From Octopus sinensis (lineage: Eukaryota), in contig NC_043014.1 in assembly GCF_006345805.1 (NCBI RefSeq), positions 31,310,001-31,374,000 on the forward strand: a stretch of DNA of 64,000 nucleotides. The letters are read 5' to 3'. The translations under genes and the position numbers were made by a program. Shown here piece by piece: positions 11,358 to 20,437 of this stretch. Under the pieces are notes generated by a model. That model did no database searches. It was not told where the DNA came from and saw only the letters and a program-made list of their open reading frames with translations. The first letter of the stretch is position 1, and every line of letters begins with the position of its first letter.

Positions 11358-11675
11358 TTTGTTATTTGACTGTGGCCATGCTGGAACACTGCCTTTAGTC
11401 GAGCAAATCGGTCCCAAGACTTATTCTTTGTAAGCCTAGTACTTATTCTATTGGTCTTCTTTTGCCGAACCGCTAAGTTACGGGGAAGTAGACACACCGA
11501 CATCGGTTGTCAAGCGATGTTGGGACACGCACACATAAGCACACACACACACACACAGACACACACACACACACACACGCACACACACACACAAACACAC
11601 ACATACATACGTACACACACACGCGCGCGCGCGCACACACACACATATATGTATGCGTGCGTGTGTGTGTGTAAA
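11358..11675 (-). mobile_element. SINE family A 3' half
   Basis: Reverse complement of the family 3' body plus (CA)n. Confidence 0.8.
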
Positions 11676-11920
11676 ATTCTAGCTTTTGGTGGCCTTGAAG
11701 AGGTTAGAAGCTCCGTGAAAAATCAAGGCTTATTTCATTCTCATTTAATATCATTTATTTCGGAGTTATATTGACCAGGCAACTAATTTTATTTGACACC
11801 GTGTTTCGAAACCAAAACAAAACAAAATTTGGAAGACCCACATATTAGCCAATCGAAAACTCACCCAATGACTGTTATCTTCGCTAAGATATTTATTAGT
11901 TGGTGTGAAGATGAAATTTT

Positions 11921-12776
11921 GGCACTGTCATGCCTTTAGTTGTCAGAAGTGAAAGTAGTCAACTTCGTGTATTTACGTCAGGTTTATACCTTCGTTAATT
12001 TACGCCGTTTATTTACGTACCACCACGTTGTTAGGTTTATAAAACAATTAGGTTTATAAAGTTTATAAATAAATACATTTCATTCCATGTTCTGTTTAAA
12101 CTTTATAAATAAATATATTCTTGCATTATTCATTATTGTTTTTAAAAAAGAAATCACACCAAATCTGCACAAATGACCACCACCACCACCGCGATCACAA
12201 TAAACAATGGAAGTTCAGTTTAAAGTTTATAAATAAATACATTTCATGTGTAATGTATACACATGTATATATATATATATATATATATACATGGTATAGA
12301 CACATCTTTAATTAAACTATTGACCGCTTTAAAACAGATTTCAACAGACAAATATTACTATGATGGATAATACAAGCATATAGCTACTTATACACACATA
12401 CAATAAATACAGACACACACACACACATTAGTCAGACATATAGCCACATATACACACACATTAGTCAGACATATAGCCACATATACACACACACACACGT
12501 GTGTATGATTGGTGTATGTGATCGCGGTGGTGGTGGTGGTCATTTGTGCAGATTTGGTGTGATTTCTTTTTTAAAAACGATAATGAATAATGCAAGAATA
12601 TATTTATTTATAAAGTTTAAACAGAATGGAATGAAATGTATTTATTTATAAACTTTATAAACCTAACAGCGTGGTGGTACGTAAATAAACGGCGTAAATT
12701 AACGAAGGTATAAACCTGACGTAAATACACGAAGTTGACTACTTTCACTTCTGACAACTAAAGGCATGACAGTGCC
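11921..12776. mobile_element. Foldback MITE with ~260-280-bp TIRs (Merlin-like)
   Basis: Arms 11921-12199 and 12517-12776 are near-perfect reverse complements; termini GGCAC..GTGCC; perfect 8-bp TSD GAAATTTT (11913-11920, 12777-12784). Confidence 0.85.
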
Positions 12777-12903
12777 GAAATTTTTGACACCGAGTAATAA
12801 ATTTTTTCGTAAACTTAGCTGTTATTTTGAGCGTTTTTGAATGACAAATAACGTGTCTTCCACGCTTCAATTATATTTAATCTTTATCATTCTAAGTTAT
12901 GTA

Positions 12904-12944
12904 GTCGCTTCTCGGTCTTTTGGCTCAGATCAAAATGTAGCATC
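12904..12944 (+). pseudogene. U2 snRNA 5'-fragment pseudogene
   Basis: GTCGCTTCTCGGTCTTTTGGCTCAGATCAAAATGTAGCATC vs the U2 5' end ATCGCTTCTCGGCCTTTTGGCTAAGATCAAGTGTAGTATC; similarity stops after ~41 nt. Confidence 0.85.
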
Positions 12945-13474
12945 ATTTAAATCATATAAAGTGGTAAAGGAAAATTACTAGCGCATAAATAACAAGAGTT
13001 ACCTCCCTCTCAAATAGGGTTTAAAGTTTCTTAGAAGGGTAGGAGGTGCGAGAGTGTATAACAAGGGACATAACTCTAATAGTTATTTTTATATCGTTAA
13101 AATGCAAAAGCAGCATTTATAGCAATGAAGCGCGTAATTAATTACCATAGACAATTAACTTGATAGTCATTTCAAAACATTGAATCGTGTTACTTGGGAA
13201 TAATTTCGTATTACTTCAACGAGAAACTTAAGTTGGTCCGCGAACAACACGTAAGAGCCATCGAGTGTATTATTTATTTTGGGGAAGTTTCTGTAGACAA
13301 ATTCACCGTAGAAATGTGTCTTGTGTAAAAAGCTCCAGATAAAATTCGAATAGATATCTCGATAGCTTGTGAAGTTAGCGAATAAATTACCATTGCTAAC
13401 ACTTACATACGAATATGCAGGAGATTCAATACTTGACAAATAACTGCAAAATGTTTACTGCTAAAAATCGTTGA

Positions 13475-13547
13475 GTCCCTGTAGCGCAGGGGATAGCGCG
13501 CTGGACTTCTAATCCAGAGGTCGTGGGTTCGAATCCCACCAGGGATG
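13475..13547 (+). tRNA. tRNA-Arg(TCT), copy 3
   Basis: Identical 73 nt to copies 1 and 2; TTTT about 11 nt downstream. Confidence 0.97.
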
Positions 13548-13692
13548 AGGTGTTAACATTTTAGTTGTATGATTGTAGAAGGTTATCTCACATGATTTTT
13601 CTTGTTTATTGGCTACCGGCTGTTTAACACAACAGTATTGAAGTGAAATACAAATGCTGTGAAGAGACATTTATTGTGACAATTTTTTTATA

Positions 13693-14662
13693 GACGCAAG
13701 GCGGTGAGCTGTCCAGAAACGTTAGCACGCCGAGAGGGAAGTGTTTAGCGGTATTTCTTCTGTCGTTACGTTCTGAGTTCAAATTCCGCCGGGGTCGACT
13801 TTGCCTTTTATCCTTTCAGGGTCGATAAATTAAGTACCAGTTACGCACTGGGGCCGATGTAATCGACTTAATACCTATGTCTGTCCTTGTTTGTCCCTTC
13901 TATGTTTAGCCCCTTGTGGATAATAAAGAAATAGGTATTTCGTCTGTCGTTAGGTTCTGAGTTCAAATTCCGCCGAGGTCAACTTTGCCTTTCATCCTTT
14001 CAGGGTCGATAAATTAAGTACCAGTTACGCACTGGGGTCGATGTAATCGACTTAATCCCTTTGTCTGTCCTTGTTTGTCTCCTCTATGTTTAACCCCTTG
14101 TGGGCAATAAAGAAATAAATGTTAGCATGCCGGGCGAAATGCTTTACGTTCTGAGTTCAAATTCCGCCTGGGTCGACTTTGCCTTTTATCCTTTCAGGGT
14201 CGATAAATTAAGTACCAGTTACGCACTGGGGCCGATGTAATCGACTTAATACCTATGTCTGTCCTTGTTTGTCCCTTCTATGTTTAGCCTCTTGTGGATA
14301 ATAAAGAAATAGGTATTTCGTCTGTCGTTAGGTTCTGAGTTCAAATTCCGCCGAGGTCAACTTTGCCTTTCATCCTTTCAGGGTCGATAAATTAAGTACC
14401 AGTTACGCACTGGGGTCGATGTAATCGACTTAATCCCTTTGTCTGTCCTTGTTTGTCTCCTCTATGTTTAACCCCTTGTGGGCAATAAAGAAATAAATGT
14501 TAGCATGCCGGGCGAAATGCTTTACGTTCTGAGTTCAAATTCTGGCAAGGTCGACTTTGTCTTTCATCCTTTCGGGGTGGATAAATTAAGTACCAGTTGC
14601 ATATTGGAGTCGATGCAATCGACTGGTCTCCACCCCAAGCATTTTGGGCCTTGTGCCTAGAG
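13693..14662 (+). repeat. Tandem array of tRNA-like SINE family B (5 monomers; 378-bp higher-order period)
   Basis: TTCTGAGTTCAAATTC anchors at 13771, 13955, 14149, 14333 and 14527 (spacings 184/194/184/194). Confidence 0.9.
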
Positions 14663-14699
14663 TAGAAAAGAATTTTTTATAGGTTTGACTTCCTCTGCC

Positions 14700-16110
14700 G
14701 TCATCAGTTCATGTGAGTTCAATTTCATTGCATGATGTATTGCATAGTCTGGCAGGGTCTATGATAGATGTGTGATGGCATGGAGAGTGTGCGGATAGGT
14801 ATGTGAGGGAGAAGGTAGGGACTGCAGTGGGTGAGGTGCATAAGGGAGAGTGGAAGGGAGGGTCCTACAGCAGGTGGTGGGGCTGTTGGGAAGATGGGTT
14901 GTAGGTGAGTTTGAGAGAGAACAGTTTATGTGTGTGAGTGAGGGAGGAGGAGTAATGGCTGTGAAAGACATGTCTGTATGTATGGATGGCAGTGATTTTA
15001 CTTAGTTGAATGTGTCTTCTAAAGCACAGCAAATTGCCAAAAGTCTCGGTCACTTGTCATCTTCTCTGTGAGGCTCAACATCATCTCATGTCTTCTTGGG
15101 TCTGCCCCTTCCACAGGTTCCCTCCATGATTAGAGATCAGCACTTCTTCATGCAGCTGTCCTCATCCAAATGTGTCACATGACCATATCAATGCATTCTT
15201 CTCTTTTGTACACTATATCTGATGCTTCTTATACCCAAATTTTCTCTTAAATCATTTACATTCTGTTGTACATGCACACTGATATTACCCATCCAGTGGC
15301 AAATACTGGCTTCATTTCTTTCAAGCCCTGGCATGTCCTCTGTAGTCACAGCCTATGTTTCACTGTAGCACAGCTGTACATACACAGACATCATACAATC
15401 TGCCTTTCACCCGGGGGAAGAGGCCCTTTGTAGCTACAAAGGTAGTAACACTATGAACTTTGCCCAACCAGTTCTTATTTTAGCAACTATGCTTTCAGAG
15501 CATCCTCCTCTGCTGCTAACCTGGTCACCTAGGTAACAGAAGCTATCTACTGCTTCTAAGGATTCCCCCCAGACATTTGAGGAAGTTTGTTTTTTATACA
15601 TTCTTAGTGTTTATTGTACCTGGATATCTGTCACACACAAAGACTATTCTCTGTTAATCTTCCTATTATACCGCTGTATCTTTTATGTGCCCATTGCTTC
15701 CACTGGGTTACACCATATGGCATTTCTACCATCTTTCCCACATATCAAGCAGGGTCTGAATGGATTAATAATTTGTCTGTTTCCCTATTTACTAGGACAT
15801 TGGTCTTTGCTAAATTAACCCTAAGGGCCATTTGATTCCAGATCTTGCTGGAAGTTATTCAGCTATAAGAACAAGGTCATCAGCATAGAGGAGCTCCAGT
15901 ATTAAATTCCTGTTATGGCCTAGAGGACTATGATTAACAAGAGGGTACTAGGAACTGATCCTTGGTGAACTCTTACCTGTACACTAAATTTCTTGCTATG
16001 CTCATTGCTGACTTTCCCTGAACATGGTTTGTACAGCTCCCATCAACCGCTCATGTATCCCTAGCTTCTGCATTGACCACTAGATAAGTGAGTCATGAAC
16101 CCCGTCAAAG
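14700..16110 (-). mobile_element. 5'-truncated, degenerate RTE-clade LINE (RT C-terminal part and 3' UTR)
   Basis: Broken frames read VHQGSV..LLIIVL, GLRVNLAKTNVL, LEAVDSFCYLGDQVSSRGGCSES..IRTGWAKF, typical of RTE reverse transcriptases. Confidence 0.8.
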
Positions 16111-16129
16111 GCTTAATTCATGTCAACAG

Positions 16130-16177
16130 ATGCCTAGTGAGTGGATTTGATAGGCGGAAACTGAAAGAAGCCTGTTG

Positions 16178-16232
<55 letters not shown>

Positions 16233-16427
16233 ATATGTTTGTCCCCCCAACATCGCTTGACAACCAATGCTGGTGTGTTTACATCCCTGTAACTTAGCAG
16301 TTCGGCAAAAGAGACCGATAGAATAAGTACTAGGCTTACAAAGAATAAGTCCTGGGGTCGATTTGCTCGACTAAAAGGTGGTGCTCCAGCATGGCTGCAG
16401 TCAAATGACTGAAACAAGTAAAAGAGT
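16130..16427 (+). mobile_element. SINE family A (5'-truncated)
   Basis: Family body with CpG-decay substitutions; ends GAAACAAGTAAAAGAG. Confidence 0.85.
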
Positions 16428-16965
16428 ATATGGTTATACTGCAAGGCATGATCTGCCTGAGATGATTTGCATCCAGTTAGAATAAGCTTTGTAGACACTG
16501 ATGACCTCTACACTGAAGACAATTCACAATGTCACTTCAAGTTCATCATTTTATATTGGCAGGTAAATTAACAAAAAAAGAGGTAAAATTATCTGCTCAA
16601 GTCATGCTGACTCATAAGGGATGGTTTCCCAGCTTCATGGTATATATATTCCTCACCTAGATAGGACACTGGTCCGTTGCAGGAAAAGTTACCTTTTCAA
16701 GTTGCGCTGACTCATAAGGCCCAGTTTCCTGCTTTCATGGCAAATATATTCTCCACTTGGATAGGACACTGGTTCATTGCAGGATTACTCATTTTTGCCA
16801 GTTGAGTGGACTGGAGCAACATAAAATGAAGTGTTTTGCTTAAGAACACGTATCACCCAGTCCAGAAATCAAAACCACAATCTTACGATCATAAGTCCAA
16901 CACCCTAACCACAAAGCCATGCACTTCCATTTTAAATTTACATTAACAGGAGATGAAAGCAATTA

Positions 16966-17414
16966 CTGTAAATCCTCGAGTATAATACGCACCCCTTCTC
17001 TAACTTGAGTTGTGCGTAATTAAGCCAGCAGCACCTAGTCGAACAAACACTTCTGCGGATGCGTAATACAATAATGGTGATGTTCTTAACTGTTATATGG
17101 GAAATTAAATATGTTTGCAAATTATTTTTGTTACATGTTATTCTGTGTTCTGAATACTTTTATTTTAATAAATGTTGCCTACTGCAAGTTATGGATGATT
17201 CTTTTATGACTTCATTGCTTTCAGGCTTAGCTTAAGGTATTTTCGCGCCTGGCATCACAAAATTTGTCTGAATAAACCATTGCCGGACAGCAAATAGAGA
17301 CTCGGACATTGCTTAGAAAATGTTTTTCATTTTTAACCTCGTATATAGTACGCACTAGGGATTTTGACCTTTAAATTTTGGATAAAAATGCGGATTATAC
17401 TTGAGGATTTACGG
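16966..17414. mobile_element. Tc1/mariner-pogo-type MITE
   Basis: TIRs CTGTAAATCCTCGAGTATAATACGCA / TGCGGATTATACTTGAGGATTTACGG with TA on both sides. Confidence 0.75.
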
Positions 17415-17689
17415 TATATATAAAGAAATATCTGAGATCCAAGAGCTGACCCACAAGCCATGTCAACTTTGTTTGTTGTGGGCTGAGGTTGTTATTGACT
17501 ATTATTCCAAAGCGTCTGATATCGTTGGATGCCATGAAAGGTTATTCTGAGGAATGAATACAGTAGTTGCTTAACCCTTTAGTAATTCAAATTACTCTGT
17601 TAAACGTAATGATTATTTATTCACATTGTTTTGAATTAATCAAGCATTATCTTATAGCTTTGAGATTTTGAAGATGTGATTCTGCGTTG

Positions 17690-18025
17690 CCTTACTAGCA
17701 CTTGTGCTGGTAGCACGTGAAAAAAATTTTGAGCGAGGTTGTTGCCAGTGCCACTGGACTGGCTCCTGTGCAGGTGGCACGTAAAAAGCACCATTTGGGC
17801 GTGGTCGTTGCCAGTACCACCTAACTGGCCCTCATACCGGTGGCACGTAAAAGCATCCACTACACTCTCGGAGTGGTTGGCATTAGGAAGGGCATCCAGC
17901 TATAGAAACTCAGCCAGATCAGATTGGAGTCTGGTGCAGCCATCTGGTTCACCAGACCTCAGTCAAATCATCCAACCCATGCTAGCATGGAAAGCGGACG
18001 TTAAATGATGATGATGATGATGATT
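17690..18025 (+). mobile_element. SINE family C with RTE-like tail ending (GAT)n
   Basis: Internal TGGCACGTAAAAAGCA repeats; GGCATTAGGAAGGGCATCCAGC..CATGGAAAGCGGACGTTAAATGATGATG; similar copies near 18270, 35050, 51664, 56135 and 59290. Confidence 0.7.
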
Positions 18026-19025
18026 GTTTTTATTTTTGAAATGACATTGAGAAGACCTGTCAAGCCAAGTGAAATCATAGTCATGGTCGATGTCTGTGTT
18101 GTGTACCTAGCACCTGTGTCGGAGGCACATAAAAGGCACTCTTCGAATTTTGGGCCTCACAAAAGCAGTGACAAGTTAGCAAGACCTTTGGCAATATACT
18201 GTGCTTGAGAAGATCCATCAAACCAAGTGAGATCATAGTTGTGGCTGATGCCAGTGTCCTGTAATTGGTACCCATGCCAGTGGTACATAAAATGTATTCA
18301 CTACATTCTTGGCGTGGTTGGTGTCAGGAAGGGTATCCAGCTGTAGAAACCATGTCAAAACAGATTGGCACCTGGTGCAGCTCCCCAGCTTACCAGTTTT
18401 CAGTCAAACTGTCCGACCCATGCCAGCATGGAAAATGGATGTTAAATGATGATGATGATGATAATGATTGTAAGGTGTGTGTGAGTGGTTGGATCTTGCC
18501 AGTTTGAACATAAAACTGGTAGGATATTTGAGCCAGATATGATTAGTTTAAATGCTGAAGGTCATGTTTATTTTGTAAGATGGATAAACTCAAATTTTTC
18601 TTCTTTTAGCAGCATTTTATTTTGCTGCAAGTCAGGATTAGAGTTTGATTCAAACACTCACTCTGGTGATAACTTCTATGAAAACTATTACTGTGATGTG
18701 ACTATGTAAATTATGAAGAGATGTGGGCCCAATTAAGTGTCTTGAGACACTAATGACTTATGCTTACCTGGAGTAAATTTCAGATATTACACAAATTTTG
18801 TTCTGTTTACCAAAAAATAATAAAATAAACACTTAATACAGTGTAATAATTATTAAGTTCAAATTTTGAAACAGGGTCAGCTATTTCGGGTGAAAGACTA
18901 ATTCGATTACATTGATCCCAGTGCTTACCTGGTACTTATTTTATCGAACCCGAAAGGATGAAAGGCAAAGTCGAGCTTGGCAGAATTAGGAACTCAGAAT
19001 ATAAAGACAGACAAAATACTACTAA

Positions 19026-19396
19026 GCAGGTGTGGCTGTGTGGTAAGTAGCTTGCTTACCAGCCACATGGTTCCGGGTTCAGTCCCTCTGCATGGCACCT
19101 TAGGCCAGTATCTTCTACTATAGCCTCAGGCCGACCAAAGCCTTGTGAGTCGATTTGGTAGATGGAAACTGATAGAAGCCCGTCGTATATACGTATACAT
19201 ATGTGTGTGTGTGTTTGTGTGTCTGTGTTTGTCCCCTCTGACATCGCTTGACAACCAATGCTGGTGTGTTTATGTCCCCGTAACTTAGCGGTTCGGCAAA
19301 AGACACCAAAAGAATAAGTCCTGGGGTCGATTTCCTCGACTAAAGGCAGTGCTCCAGCATGGCTGCAGTCAAATGACTGGAACAAGTAAAAGAGTA
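19026..19396 (+). mobile_element. SINE family A, full length
   Basis: tRNA-like head, core, internal (TA/TG)n, 3' tail. Confidence 0.9.
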
Positions 19397-19699
19397 AGCA
19401 TTTTGCCTGTGTGCTAATGATTCTGCTAGTTCACTGCCTTACAGTGTAATAATTATTCCATAGATTCCAGTCTTTGATAGATTTTTCAAGAAAAGACCTT
19501 GTTGAAGTCAATGTGTCTGTGTTTGAGAACTCTTGATCTAGACAGTCATATTCTGGGTTTCTGTAAGTAGATCATTACTGTCATATATCAGATGTGGTGT
19601 AATTCTCAGTTTTTTGTTATATGTTGAAGTATTGGCATATTATCAAATGGACACAGGTGCCAAGTGATATCTATGCACACACACACACACACATAAATA

Positions 19700-19911
19700 T
19701 GAGGGGGTGCTGAAAAGTTCCTGGCTTTGAGTAAAAGAAAATACAGGAGGATCAGATAATTATTTTATTCAATATATTCCTCTCAGATTCAAGCACTTAT
19801 TGCAGTGGACGTTCAGTTTTTCTAAGCCCCATAAAAGAACTCAGAAGGTTGGGTCTCCAACGAGGCCTTTCACAATACCCTTAAAGCCAGGAACTTTTCA
19901 TCAACCCCTCA
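19700..19911. mobile_element. Mariner-type MITE (212 bp)
   Basis: TIRs TGAGGGGGTGCTGAAAAGTTCCTGGCTTT / AAAGCCAGGAACTTTTCATCAACCCCTCA; TA TSD. Confidence 0.85.
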
Positions 19912-20029
19912 TACATACATATTTGTATCACACATAAGTGTGTGTAAATACATAACCCTTTATCTTTTTACTTGTTTCAACAATTTTACTGCAGCCATGC
20001 TGGGGTACCACCTTGGTAAAAGTGAGGTT

Positions 20030-20146
20030 GCTTACAGCCTCTAAGTTTCTCAAGCAGTCACCCATCTTAAGTACTAACTATGCCCAACATTACTTAACTT
20101 CAGTGATCAGACGTGAACTGGTAGTCAATCTAATATGGCTGTAAGT
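20030..20146 (-). pseudogene. 5S rRNA-derived sequence (pseudogene or SINE3-type head)
   Basis: Minus strand ACTTACAGCCATA..GTCTGATCACTGAAGTTAAGTAATGTTGGGCATAGTTAGTACTTAAGATGGGTGACTGC..GGCTGTAAGC aligns colinearly over ~117 nt with metazoan 5S (GTCCGATCACCGAAGTTAAGC..GTTAGTACTTGGATGGGTGACCGCC), with many C>T changes. Confidence 0.85.
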
Positions 20147-20174
20147 AAAGTGTCTATATATATATTCGCCATGT

Positions 20175-20349
20175 TAGATCGTTAGCCACTACACACATTT
20201 TTTCTCTCCTTGCTTTTTCTGTGTCCCTTTCTGTAGAAGAGCGTAGGCTCGAAACGTAAAACACTTTTTCTATTCCTGAGCGTTATACTAATACATCCGT
20301 TTGTTTTCTACACCACCTGTCTTTGTCTTTTGTTTTTTTCGTAAACTCT

Positions 20350-20352
<3 letters not shown>
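20175..20352 (+). mobile_element. Penelope-like terminal fragment with hammerhead-shaped motif at 20231-20260
   Basis: CTGTAGA-A-GAGC-GTAG-GCTC-GAAAC-GTA; the element class is inferred from this motif only. Confidence 0.45.

Positions 20353-20437
<85 letters not shown>

Noticed and set aside
13693-14662. Repeat array as a CRISPR or tRNA gene array
   Set aside because: The monomers are SINE-B bodies found dispersed elsewhere in the window; no spacers and no cloverleaf.
18760-18775. CTTACCTGG as a U1 snRNA fragment
   Set aside because: Similarity is limited to ~9 nt; the downstream sequence does not follow U1.
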